A DNA stretch of 64,000 nucleotides from Candidatus Entotheonellaceae bacterium (GTDB taxonomy: Bacteria; Tectomicrobia; Entotheonellia; Entotheonellales; Entotheonellaceae), in assembly GCA_965238075.1 (NCBI GenBank), contig OZ250173.1, positions 576,001 to 640,000 of the forward strand, in the 5' to 3' direction. Below, in pieces: positions 11,000 through 20,534 of the stretch (its first letter is position 1; each line of letters begins with the position of its first letter). The notes under the pieces are model-generated. The model made no database searches. It saw only the letters and a program-made list of their open reading frames with translations, and was not told the origin of the DNA. The position numbers and the translations under genes are program-made.

Positions 11000-11035
11000 C
11001 GCTCCCCTCGACACGGGGAGGGTTGGGGTGAGGGG
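11000..11035 (-). repeat. REP-like repeat (CCCCTCACCCCAAC family)
   Basis: Reverse complement resembles the copy at 35455-35495. Confidence 0.55.
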
Positions 11036-11134
11036 AACTATGTGAGACACTGCCTTCTTGCTGCGTGCACACGCGCTGCCGATTTGGTAGCATAGTGCCC
11101 CATCAAATCCAAAAAGTCGTTTCGGGAGTTCGTC

Positions 11135-12100
11135 ATGCAGTCTGTCTGGTGGGATTGTTGGCACCGGGTGAGCGGCTTGGCAAACCGCAGAACCCTCTTC
11201 GCGTTGCCCTTGCTCATGCTGCTTATTCTCGGCAGCGGCACGCTGAGTCTGGCGTATTTCGAGGCGCTGCCTACGGTGGGCGCCATATGGTGGCGCGTGC
11301 TCGGCGCCGTCACCATGCTGGCCGCCCTGGGCCTGTTGGCAACCGTCGGCACCTCAATGGTCGGCTTGGTGGTCAGCGCGCGCTCCGATGCCCGGCTCGC
11401 CCGACTGCAACCCTACAGCGATCATTTCGTCCTGTGCGGCTGGAATACGAAGGCGTTACAGATTCTTGAGGAGTTGAAAAGCGATCAGCGCACCGCCAAC
11501 GCCCCGGTGGTGCTGGTTGCCGACTTGCCCGAAAAGCCGGCCGAGGTGCCGCATTTCGTACGCGGCAATCTGACCCTGAGCACCATGGAGCAAGCCAACC
11601 TGGCGGCTGCCCGTGCCGTCATTGTGCTGGGCGAGTCCGAAGACGACCCCTTTTCCAGCGATGCACGGGCCATCCTGAGCACCCACGCCATCAAATCGGC
11701 GTATCCGGGTTTGTACACCTGCGTTGAGCTTCAGGATGCCAGCAACCTACCCCATTGCCGCAGCGCCCGCGCCGACGAGATCATTGTCGGCGGCGCCCTC
11801 AGCAGCGCCTTGCTGGCCCGCGCCGCCCGCGACCCCGGCGTCACCCGCATCGTCTCGGAACTACTGCGCAGCCGCCGGGGTCACGAGTTGTTCCTATGCC
11901 CCACGCCGGTCGGCGTCGTCGGCAAAACGTTCCTGGAAACCCTCGTGGAACTGAAACGGGATTACAATCTGTTGGTCGTCGGCATCCAGAGCGGCGAGGA
12001 CATCCTGCACACCAACCCGCCCGGCACCTACCAGATACGGGCCATTGACCGACTCTACATCATCGCCGCCGAGCGCCCTTCGTTCGCCCCTGTGCGATAG
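11135..12100 (+). CDS. MthK/TrkA-like K+ channel protein with RCK domains, pore/filter segment missing
   Basis: Two TM helices, HFVLCGWN RCK-N and RCK-C ending HTNPP; no TVGYG. Confidence 0.8.
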   Translation: MQSVWWDCWHRVSGLANRRTLFALPLLMLLILGSGTLSLAYFEALPTVGAIWWRVLGAVTMLAALGLLATVGTSMVGLVVSARSDARLARLQPYSDHFVLCGWNTKALQILEELKSDQRTANAPVVLVADLPEKPAEVPHFVRGNLTLSTMEQANLAAARAVIVLGESEDDPFSSDARAILSTHAIKSAYPGLYTCVELQDASNLPHCRSARADEIIVGGALSSALLARAARDPGVTRIVSELLRSRRGHELFLCPTPVGVVGKTFLETLVELKRDYNLLVVGIQSGEDILHTNPPGTYQIRAIDRLYIIAAERPSFAPVR

Positions 12101-12105
12101 GCCGC

Positions 12106-12513
12106 TCAATTCGCACTGTAATAACGCACCTCGATCCGCCGGGCCTCGGGGTCCGAAAAATAGATCGACGTGCCGTTGCCGTGCGCCCCCCAGCGCGTTA
12201 CCGGTCCCTCCTCAATTGCCACACCGTGCGCCGCCAAATGCGTCATTAAACGCGGCATGTCGTTCTCGCTCAGCACCAGGCAGAAGTGGTTGAGATCGCT
12301 GCGCTCAGGCGTTGCGTCGTCGCTTTCGGCAACAGGAAACAGGTCGATGACCGTATCGGCGCTGATCCGCACGGACGGAAATGGCGCCTCTCCACGCCGG
12401 AACTCCGCCAGCCGCTCTACCGGCAGCCCCAGCACGTCCTGATAGAAATCCAGCACCCCATCCATGTCGCGCACGTTCAGAACGATGTGATCCATAGCCG
12501 TCATACGGAACAT
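12106..12513 (-). CDS. VOC/glyoxalase-family protein
   Basis: DHIVLNVRD..FY..VLG, NHFCL, SIYFSDPE..RIE. Confidence 0.88.
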   Translation of the reverse strand: MFRMTAMDHIVLNVRDMDGVLDFYQDVLGLPVERLAEFRRGEAPFPSVRISADTVIDLFPVAESDDATPERSDLNHFCLVLSENDMPRLMTHLAAHGVAIEEGPVTRWGAHGNGTSIYFSDPEARRIEVRYYSAN

Positions 12514-12552
12514 GTTTCGATTCTCCGTGGAGCGTTCGGGGCGGGGACGGAC

Positions 12553-12774
12553 TTACTCCTCCACCTCGTCGTCGCCGGGCGCCACCGAGCGCAAGTCATT
12601 TTCCGATGCTGGGTCGCCCGGCAGTCGGTAGTCACCGGAAGCCCAGACGCCCAGGTCGATCAAGCGGCAGCGCTCGGAGCAAAAGGGGTAGGTCGTCGTT
12701 TCGGGCCACGTCACCTCGCGGTCACATTGCGGACACTGCCGGCGTAACTGTCGTCTGGCGCGGTCTTCATTCAT
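12553..12774 (-). CDS. yacG: DNA gyrase inhibitor YacG
   Basis: CPQC...YPFCSERCRLIDLG.W.SGDY. Confidence 0.9.
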   Translation of the reverse strand: MNEDRARRQLRRQCPQCDREVTWPETTTYPFCSERCRLIDLGVWASGDYRLPGDPASENDLRSVAPGDDEVEE

Positions 12775-12813
12775 CGACTGGCCTCGTTAGCGGGGGCACT
12801 GGGCAGGTTGGCC

Positions 12814-13092
12814 CTAGGCATCGAGTTGATCCTCAGCCAGCAGGGGGGTGTGCTGGCAAGCTTCCAACTGGGTACAGGTGTATTGCAGGGTTTCTTCGGC
12901 GTGTTCCAGGATGTGGTCGGCGTACTCGCTGTCGCCGTGATTGACGGCGAAGTCGGCAGCGGTGAACTGCGCCTCAGCGGCACAACTGGCGTCAACAATA
13001 AAAGTTTCCCGATGTTCGACAGATACTCGGAATCGCACGAAAATCACCTCATCTCTATGCTCTACTCCGCGCGGACGGTTGGCATCACCCAC
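12814..13092 (-). CDS. Small acidic hypothetical protein
   Basis: Protein-like ORF between cinA and yacG on the same strand; start uncertain. Confidence 0.5.
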   Translation of the reverse strand: MGDANRPRGVEHRDEVIFVRFRVSVEHRETFIVDASCAAEAQFTAADFAVNHGDSEYADHILEHAEETLQYTCTQLEACQHTPLLAEDQLDA

Positions 13093-13166
13093 CCTCTGAC
13101 GGCCCGCGTCAGCCTAGCACAGCCCTCCAACACTGTCTACGCGCTCCCTGGCCATGTCCGCACACC

Positions 13167-14444
13167 CTACCTAGCGGTTTTTTCGAAATCGATCTTCTCG
13201 TCGACCGGCAGCCCTTGCAACAACCGCCGCACGCTATCGAGCGCCATTTCAATCGCTCCCAGCCGCACCCAATCGCGCCCACCGGCCAGATAACTGCAGC
13301 GACTCGCAACGCCATTCCCCGCAACGATGGCGAGCGCAATGGTGCCCCCCTCTTCGCGGCCGTCGGCGTCCGCCTGCATGTCCACCAAGACCGATAATCC
13401 ATGCGAGGCGCCACTTTGCCGGCGCGCCGCCTGAGCCACCGATGCGGCCAGAGCCGCCGTCGGCGCCCCATCGGGCGGCGTCTCGGGCATGGACAACGCC
13501 GCGGCCAATTCTGCACCACTGTTTACCACCGTGCCGCGGCGAAACACCCTCTCGGCGCCGGGCAGCGCCACCAACCGAGCTGCTACCTGCCCACCGGTCA
13601 GCGTTTCGGCAACCGCCAAGGTCGCCCGCCGCTCAGTCAGTTGTGACAACACCACACCCTCCAAGGTTTCGTCGTCTTCGGCCAGGATGAAGTTGCCGAT
13701 GCGCCGCCGAACCTCGTGCTCCACTGGCGCCAGCTTGGCCGCCATGTCTGCCTGATCCTGTCCGCGCACCGTGAGCTTGGTCTCCAATTGCGGGTAGTGG
13801 GCGCGAAAACCGAGCTTCACGCTGCCCTCCGGCGCCAAGGCCGCCACGCCGTCGAGCAGGGCATCCACATGCGATTCCCCCAGCCCGAAGGAGTGAAACC
13901 GTTTCAGATGAATCACCGCTTGGCTACCGCTGCGTTGCAGCAGGCGCGGCAGAATTTCGTGCTCCAGCATGGGCCGCAATTCGCGCGGCACGCCGGGGGT
14001 GAAATAAAACCGCGCCTTGCCGATGGTGACGCCGAAGCCGCACGCCGTGCCTACTCGATTGTCGATGAGTTCGGCCCCAACCGGCAGCATGGCCTGCTTG
14101 ACGTTGTTCGACGACATCTCGCGTCCGCGCCGCACGAACATTTCTTTCATACGCGCCAGCCAGCCCTCGTGCAGTTCCAACTCCACCCCCGCCGCCTGTG
14201 CCGCCACTTCCTGCGACAGGTCATCAACGGTCGGACCCAACCCCCCGTTGACAATCACCGCGTCAGCCCGCTCGCCGGCAGACCGAAATGCTTGCAGCAG
14301 GTCCTCGCGGTCATCGCCGACGGTCGTCTCCCATTTGACGGACAAGCCGTGATCTTCAAGTTTCTGGGTGATGTACGTGAAGTTCGTGTTCACGATCTTG
14401 CCGGTCAAGACTTCGTCGCCTGTGCAAATGACCTCGATGCGCAT
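13167..14444 (-). CDS. cinA: CinA-like protein (MoCF-binding domain + NMN deamidase-like domain)
   Basis: GDEVL.G...NTN, VGDD, GGLGPT.DD, PGVP.E and AETLTGG; RBS AGGGAG. Confidence 0.88.
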   Translation of the reverse strand: MRIEVICTGDEVLTGKIVNTNFTYITQKLEDHGLSVKWETTVGDDREDLLQAFRSAGERADAVIVNGGLGPTVDDLSQEVAAQAAGVELELHEGWLARMKEMFVRRGREMSSNNVKQAMLPVGAELIDNRVGTACGFGVTIGKARFYFTPGVPRELRPMLEHEILPRLLQRSGSQAVIHLKRFHSFGLGESHVDALLDGVAALAPEGSVKLGFRAHYPQLETKLTVRGQDQADMAAKLAPVEHEVRRRIGNFILAEDDETLEGVVLSQLTERRATLAVAETLTGGQVAARLVALPGAERVFRRGTVVNSGAELAAALSMPETPPDGAPTAALAASVAQAARRQSGASHGLSVLVDMQADADGREEGGTIALAIVAGNGVASRCSYLAGGRDWVRLGAIEMALDSVRRLLQGLPVDEKIDFEKTAR

Positions 14445-14724
14445 GATGCTCCCTGTATGGTTCAAGTAAAGAGCGGCCTTGAAGATGCCATCTCAAGTGG
14501 ACAGGGCATTCAACTTGGACAGCCTCCCTGTCCCGCTGATCCCTCAGCTGTGCAGTGATGCCTCAAGACCGAAGAGACCAGAAATGTCTTCCCTGCTCAA
14601 CACTCGTCGGCATGTTTCCCTCACTTTCGTTCATCATGCCAAGTCCGGCCCTGCCAAGTTTCCGGCCAGTGTTTTCTCTCTGACAATCTCACTGGTACAG
14701 ACGGGTCGCCGCTTCATGCGTCCG

Positions 14725-15894
14725 CTACCCCGCCCGGCGCGCCACGACGAACGACTCGTCAGTGAACCACAGGGATTGGTGTTTCTGCAGGACGGTCTGG
14801 GTAGCTTGCAGGTAAGCGCCCTGGCTCATGGCCTGCTGCAGCAAGTCGTCCTCGATCTGGGCGACGTAAATGGCAGCGTTCCAGGCGGCGAGGAGGGTGG
14901 AGGTGCCGATGTTGTTGGTGATTTCCCAGGGCTGGGTGTGCAGGACGTAATTGAACTCGGAGCGTGCTTTGTTGTAGGGGTGGTATGTCAGGTCCGGTTC
15001 GCTCTCCTGCAATTGGCTGCGCAATTCCTTGAGCAGGGCTTGGCGTGGGGTGCGAAAGGGGTCCTCATCCGGCCACACCGCACGAATGATCTCCATGCCG
15101 GGATCGCGTCCGGTGGATTGAAAGGTCACCAGCCGGCCGCCGGGCGCCAGGCTGTGGACCAACGGCGCCAGGACGTTGCGGACCTTGAGCGGCGCGGGCA
15201 GACGGGCGCGAAAAGGCTGCGAGGCGATGACGAGGTCGTATTGATGATCTTGCTGATCCGGCTGCGGGATGATCGGATCGAGAACGAATTTGTGGTCAGC
15301 GCGGTACAGAATCAGCACCGACGGCGTCACATACAGCGGATTGCCGGTGCGCTGGCTCGTCGTGGCCTGCCAGCCCTCCCGCAGGTAGCTTTGCAACTCA
15401 TTGATCTGCTGATTGAATTCATAGGCCGTCGTACCCTGCAGGGGAACGCCCCACCAGTTCATCTTGGCTTGCATGGCCGGGTTGCGCGGGCGCAGCCACG
15501 GCGCCTCGGAGTAGAACATGTTGGTGACCACCAGCACTGTCTGCGGGTGCTCGAAAAAGCGGTCCCCCATGCGCCCCAGGCTGATGCGCACGTCTTCCAG
15601 GCTGACCTCCTTGCCGACGACCAGAAAGGGGATGGTCGGAAAGCGGTGGTGCAACTGCCGCATCACCTGGCTGAGCACGGTCGCGTCGCCCATGCCGGCG
15701 TCGAAGACTCGCAATGCAGGGGGCAACGGTCGCAGGTGCTTGAACTCCATGCCGACGCGGTCGGCAACAACCCATTTTTCGCTGCACGTGGTCACGAACA
15801 ACAGGTATTTTTCGCGGTTGTCGAAGAAGCGAAAATGCTGTATGTCAGTAGCGGTTTCCATGCGGCGCGGTCTCTCCTCGAAGGTATACGACAT
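14725..15894 (-). CDS. Conserved hypothetical protein, probable class I SAM-methyltransferase fold
   Basis: VFDAGMGDAT (motif I-like), YDLVIAS and LAPGGRL. Confidence 0.6.
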   Translation of the reverse strand: MSYTFEERPRRMETATDIQHFRFFDNREKYLLFVTTCSEKWVVADRVGMEFKHLRPLPPALRVFDAGMGDATVLSQVMRQLHHRFPTIPFLVVGKEVSLEDVRISLGRMGDRFFEHPQTVLVVTNMFYSEAPWLRPRNPAMQAKMNWWGVPLQGTTAYEFNQQINELQSYLREGWQATTSQRTGNPLYVTPSVLILYRADHKFVLDPIIPQPDQQDHQYDLVIASQPFRARLPAPLKVRNVLAPLVHSLAPGGRLVTFQSTGRDPGMEIIRAVWPDEDPFRTPRQALLKELRSQLQESEPDLTYHPYNKARSEFNYVLHTQPWEITNNIGTSTLLAAWNAAIYVAQIEDDLLQQAMSQGAYLQATQTVLQKHQSLWFTDESFVVARRAG

Positions 15895-16026
15895 GGCGGG
15901 TGGTTGTAGCGTAGGGTCGGTTCAAAGTCAACGCCGCCACGCCGCTCGCCCCTGTCTACGGGACGGTAGGCATCGAACACGTCAACAGCGTCACGCAAGC
16001 AGCCCGTCATAGTGGAGGTTTATTAA

Positions 16027-16911
16027 ATGAACGCGCATTCATTTGTAGAAGTTTTGGAATCGGGAAAATTTGTCGTCACTGCCGAGTTGAACCCGCCCAA
16101 GGGCACCAACCTCGAGCCGCTGTTTGCGCACGCCGAACGACTCAAGGACGACATCGACGCGTTCAACCTGACCGATTCGCACAGCGCCCGCATGAGCATG
16201 GCGCCCATGGGGGCGGCGTCCCTGCTGGTGCAACGGGGCATCGAACCAATCATGCAGGTCACCTGCCGCGACCGCAACCGCATTGCCCTGCAATCCGACC
16301 TGCTGGCCGCCCACGCGCTGGGGGTGCGCAACGTGCTGACGATGACCGGCGACACCCCGGCGGCCGGCGATCACCCGGACGCCAAGGGGGTGTTCGATGT
16401 TGACGGAATCGGCCTGCTGCAGGCCGTTGCCGCCCTGCAATCGGGCCAGGACCTCGGCCGCCAATCCCTGCGCGGCGCGCCTGATTTCTGTGTCGGCGCG
16501 GTGGTCAACCCCGGCGCCCCCGACCTGCAAAAGGAACTCGGCCGCATGCGCGACAAGATGGCTTGCGGCGCCCGCTTTTTCCAAACCCAGGCGGTGTACG
16601 ATCCGGCGGCGTTCGCGGCATTCATGCAGGAAGTGCGGGACGATAAGGTGTCGATTCTCGCCAGTTGCATCGTGCTCAGGTCGGCGAACATGGCCCGCCG
16701 GCTGAATACGGTGCCGGGTATTTCCATCCCCGAACACCTGATCAAAGAGATGGAAGACGCTGCCGACCCGGCGCGTCAAGGCATCGCCATCGCCGGACGC
16801 ATCATCCGGGAACTCAAGAGCCTGGCCCACGGCATTCACCTCATTGCCATCGGACAGGAGAGCCGTATCCCCGAAATCCTTGACGAAGCCGGTCTATCCA
16901 ACATGGAATGA
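16027..16911 (+). CDS. metF: 5,10-methylenetetrahydrofolate reductase
   Basis: AELNPPKG, TCRDRNRIALQS, TGD and FFQTQ motifs. Confidence 0.88.
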   Translation: MNAHSFVEVLESGKFVVTAELNPPKGTNLEPLFAHAERLKDDIDAFNLTDSHSARMSMAPMGAASLLVQRGIEPIMQVTCRDRNRIALQSDLLAAHALGVRNVLTMTGDTPAAGDHPDAKGVFDVDGIGLLQAVAALQSGQDLGRQSLRGAPDFCVGAVVNPGAPDLQKELGRMRDKMACGARFFQTQAVYDPAAFAAFMQEVRDDKVSILASCIVLRSANMARRLNTVPGISIPEHLIKEMEDAADPARQGIAIAGRIIRELKSLAHGIHLIAIGQESRIPEILDEAGLSNME

Positions 16912-17038
16912 CTGCGTCGGTTCAGCCCCCTCCCGCAATCGTCCCCTATTTTGTGCCCTGCCTTAAGCTCGTCGGAACCAGCCTGCCAATTTCCTGTTTT
17001 TCATACAGTTACAAGAAAACGCAGCAGAAATTTAAACT

Positions 17039-17083
17039 TATTGCAATTTGACGGTTGACGTTGCAATATCCGTTATGTAACTT
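17039..17083 (+). promoter_or_regulatory. Sigma70-like promoter with an overlapping inverted repeat
   Basis: TTGACG-17 nt-TAACTT (17055-17083); TATTGCAA...TTGCAATA IR (17039-17068). Confidence 0.5.
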
Positions 17084-17127
17084 AGATTTTAGGTTTAATG
17101 CAGTTTGCATTAAAAGGAATTTCCTCC

Positions 17128-17583
17128 GTGGAATACTACGACAGCCGGACGGTCGCCACCCAACTCGGCGTCCCCTATCGCACTCTCATGTACTGGGTGG
17201 AGACGGGATTGATTCAGCCGCATGCCTATTCCGGACGACGGCGCACTCCGGTACGGTTTTCCGTGGAAGACGTCAAGGAGGTCGGTCGCTTGGCGCAATT
17301 GCGAAAATTCCTCCGGGGACAGTCGCTACGAGATGTCCTCAACAGGCTGCGCACCATGGGTTCCAACCCGTTGTCTCAGGGTGATTTTCTGGTGCTGGAG
17401 AATCGCAAGGGCCAGCGCAACGTCATCAAGATCATGCAGAACAACGAAGCTATCCAATTGCTGAACGCCCAACCGGACAGTCAGTTGCGGCTCATCCCTC
17501 TCAGTGGAGACGAGGTGCAGGACGCCATTTCGGCGGGGCGGCAGGAAGTGTTGTTCAGCACGCTGGAAGACGACGTGCCTTAG
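17128..17583 (+). CDS. MerR-family HTH regulator
   Basis: VATQLGVPYRTLMYWVETGLI.P...RFS.EDV; GTG start after AAGGA. Confidence 0.8.
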   Translation: MEYYDSRTVATQLGVPYRTLMYWVETGLIQPHAYSGRRRTPVRFSVEDVKEVGRLAQLRKFLRGQSLRDVLNRLRTMGSNPLSQGDFLVLENRKGQRNVIKIMQNNEAIQLLNAQPDSQLRLIPLSGDEVQDAISAGRQEVLFSTLEDDVP

Positions 17584-17629
17584 CGTACCGAGAAGCCTGA
17601 ACGGGCAGAAATTTAGGGAAGGGCGTACT

Positions 17630-18421
17630 GTGTCTGACCTGATTCTGTGCGACGAACGTGAGCACATCGCCACCCTCACGCTGAACCGGCCAGCGAAACG
17701 GAACGCCATGTCGCCGGACCTGCTGACCGACCTGTCAGCACACTTGCGACGGCTGGCGGAGAATCCAGACATACGTGTGCTCATTCTTCGCGGTCAGGGC
17801 ACGGAGGCGTTTTCCGCCGGCTACGACATCGGCCATCTGCCCGCCCGTGAGGGCAACGAGCCCCTTCCCGACAGCAACGGCGTCGGACTGTTCCAACGCA
17901 TGCTGGAGCAGGTCCGCGCGTTCCACGCCCCGGTCATCGCCGCGATCCATGGCTTTTGCATGGGTGGCGGGCTGGAGCTGGCCGCCACCTGCGACATCCG
18001 CCTCACCGCCGACACCGGCATATTCTGCATGCCGCCGGCGCGCCTCGGCACCCTCTATTCCGGCGAGGGTCTCCTGCGTTTCGTTAACCTGATCGGCATC
18101 GCCAACACCTGCGAAATCTTCTACACCGCCTGCCGCTTCGACGCCCAGCGTGCTCACCACATGGGTTTGGTCAATCACGTCATCCCGGCAGCGGAACTCG
18201 AACTACGCACGGGCGACATGGCGCAACAGATCGTGCGCAACGCCCCGTTGGCGGTGAAAAATACCAAAACGTCCCTGGCACATGTGCTGCAGTTCCAGGA
18301 TTTTTCGCAGCACGCCGAAACTCTCAAACGCCTGCGTGACGCGTGCATGCAGAGCGACGATTTCCAGGAAGGCCGCCGCGCTTTTCTGGAAAAACGGCCG
18401 CCGCTGTTTCGCGGCGGCTAG
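17630..18421 (+). CDS. Enoyl-CoA hydratase/isomerase
   Basis: LNRP.KRNA, AFSAGYDI, GGGLELA..CD and EGRRAFLEKR.P.F motifs. Confidence 0.92.
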   Translation: MSDLILCDEREHIATLTLNRPAKRNAMSPDLLTDLSAHLRRLAENPDIRVLILRGQGTEAFSAGYDIGHLPAREGNEPLPDSNGVGLFQRMLEQVRAFHAPVIAAIHGFCMGGGLELAATCDIRLTADTGIFCMPPARLGTLYSGEGLLRFVNLIGIANTCEIFYTACRFDAQRAHHMGLVNHVIPAAELELRTGDMAQQIVRNAPLAVKNTKTSLAHVLQFQDFSQHAETLKRLRDACMQSDDFQEGRRAFLEKRPPLFRGG

Positions 18422-18579
18422 GACGGCGTGACCGGGCAAGCGCCGTCACCCCGCCTGCCCATGCCTCCTCAACCCCGCACATTCCTTCCGTTTCTCCTTC
18501 CGCAGTCAGGGGCGGGCCCCGCAGCCCGCCCTCCCCGCCGCCCGGCGTGGCGTAAGGAAGTCGGATGGAAAGCCCCACC

Positions 18580-18966
18580 CTACACGTCAGGCACGAGTCG
18601 GATGAGGACTTCGGTACCGTCGGCGAAAGCTTGGCGCAGCCGCGTCCCCAGGATCCACCACCGCAGCCAGTAACGCCGGCGATAGGTGCGCAAAAGGCGG
18701 GTCTGCAATTCGGGAATATCATCGAGGAGCTCCGCCCGGCACGACAGGCTGGGACCGCTCGGATTGCCGGCGTGCACCGTCACCCGACCGGTCTGGCGAA
18801 TGCGGCGCACCTTCAGGGTATCCCGTTGGCTGCAGAAATAGATGGCGTCGTCATCGAACCGGAACAGGACCGGCACGGTGCCGGATTTGCCGTTGGCGCC
18901 AAAGGTGGTCAGATAAAGAAACTTGGCGCGTTGCAGAGCGCGCTGAAATTCCGGAGATAACGTCAT
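18580..18966 (-). CDS. Pyridoxamine-5'-phosphate oxidase-like split-barrel protein
   Basis: YLTT....G....PV.F...KVRRIR..V pattern. Confidence 0.7.
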   Translation of the reverse strand: MTLSPEFQRALQRAKFLYLTTFGANGKSGTVPVLFRFDDDAIYFCSQRDTLKVRRIRQTGRVTVHAGNPSGPSLSCRAELLDDIPELQTRLLRTYRRRYWLRWWILGTRLRQAFADGTEVLIRLVPDV

Positions 18967-19152
18967 GTCCTCACACCCGGCCGCGTCCTGCCAGGGGCGG
19001 CTAATGATTGTTGAGGGTTCAAGTAGAGGGACAGGCCGTCATGGTATCGTAAATCCATCGCCGCTTCCCGATGGCTTCCGACCCGCCCCGCATTTGACAA
19101 TTCCCGCCTGTTCTGAGAAGGTCATGCTCGGGTATCCCCGCTGAATGCCGCT

Positions 19153-20418
19153 TTGGTTCCCAACCACCAACCTCCCCGGACGCATCCATTGAAGCTGCTG
19201 TACATACTCGTTGGCATTCTGTTTGTCAGCCCAATTCCCGTCGCGTGGTCACAACCCGACCCCGCTGCAGGCAAGGCGATCTATGAACGCCTGTGCGTGA
19301 GTTGCCACGGAGCGGACGGCCGCGGCGGTCGCATGGCGCGCATGCTACCGGTGCCGCCGCGCAACCTCGCGGACCCAGCCTATATGCAAGGCCGCTCGGC
19401 GGAACACCTGTTCGCCGTGATCAAAGACGGCAGCGCCGCGGCGGGGTTGTCCAACGCCATGCCCGGCTTTGGCAGCCAACTGGACGACCAGGATATCCGC
19501 AATACGGTCGCCTACGTACAAACGCTGGCCGAAGCGCAGCCGGCGCCGCCCGCGCAGGCCGAAGCCGAACCGCCGGCGGATCTGCGGATCGCACGGCTGC
19601 AGCTTTCCATCTGGCCGGAATATGATGACCCTCGCGTGCTGCTCATCGTGCGGGGCGAATTGGCGCCGGGTGTTGCCTACCCAACGCACGTCACGCTGCC
19701 CATTCCCAAGGGCGCGGAACTGATCGGCGCCGGCATGATCTCCGAACTGGGGGAACTCCTCCTGCATCCGCACCGCGTCATTCCCGGCGACGCCTCGGAC
19801 AGCCTGGAAATCACCCTGCCGTCGCCGGGTTTCTTCGCCGAGTTGTACTTCGACCCCTTTGAGGCTTCCGGCGACGCCAAACGATTCGGCTATACCTTCG
19901 AGGCGCCTCACCCGATAAACCAATTCGACATTGATATCCAAAAGCCTTACACGGCCAGCGAGTTCGGCACCGAGCCGCCCGCCATGGCGCAGGAAACCGA
20001 AGGCCGCGACACCACGTACCACCGCTTCGCCTACCGAGACGTTGCGGCCGGGCAACCGACGACGTTCACCGTCAGCTACGTCAAAACCGACCCGCAGCCC
20101 TCCGTACCCAAGGCCGCTAGCCCGCCGGCCGCCGACAGCCCCGCCGCCCGCGGACCGCAGGACCGCTTGCTGATCTACTTCGGCATTCTGGCAGGCGTCA
20201 CCGCCGCGTACGTGCTGGGCACCCTGCTGTGGATCGCCTACCGGCGCCGGCGTGTCGGTCCTGCATCGCCCGAAACCCAGCCCCTGCCGTTGACCGCACC
20301 GTCTGTCCCGCCACCGGTCGCGCCTGCCGCCACCAATTTCTGCAGCCATTGCGGCCGTGCCCTCGACGCCGATTACGCCTTCTGTCCCGGTTGCGGTCAT
20401 GCCGTTGGCGCGTCATAG
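19153..20418 (+). CDS. Exported c-type cytochrome fused to an unknown domain, TM helix and C-terminal zinc ribbon
   Basis: Signal peptide, CVSCHG, axial Met (AMP), TM near aa 340-364, CSHC...CPGC; start uncertain. Confidence 0.8.
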   Translation: MVPNHQPPRTHPLKLLYILVGILFVSPIPVAWSQPDPAAGKAIYERLCVSCHGADGRGGRMARMLPVPPRNLADPAYMQGRSAEHLFAVIKDGSAAAGLSNAMPGFGSQLDDQDIRNTVAYVQTLAEAQPAPPAQAEAEPPADLRIARLQLSIWPEYDDPRVLLIVRGELAPGVAYPTHVTLPIPKGAELIGAGMISELGELLLHPHRVIPGDASDSLEITLPSPGFFAELYFDPFEASGDAKRFGYTFEAPHPINQFDIDIQKPYTASEFGTEPPAMAQETEGRDTTYHRFAYRDVAAGQPTTFTVSYVKTDPQPSVPKAASPPAADSPAARGPQDRLLIYFGILAGVTAAYVLGTLLWIAYRRRRVGPASPETQPLPLTAPSVPPPVAPAATNFCSHCGRALDADYAFCPGCGHAVGAS

Positions 20419-20467
20419 GCAACGCGCGAAGACGACTCCGTTGGTCTGAACAGCAGCTTTAGTGGAG

Positions 20468-20498
20468 TGCCGGATTACGCTTCGCTACTCCGACCTAC
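20468..20498 (-). repeat. GTAG-type REP
   Basis: Inverted near-copy of 43300-43331. Confidence 0.7.
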
Positions 20499-20534
20499 GT
20501 GAAACCGCCAGCCCCCTTAGCCTCACTTGGCGAT

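Noticed and set aside
14479-15909. 476-aa + strand ORF
   Set aside because: Antisense shadow of the minus-strand gene.
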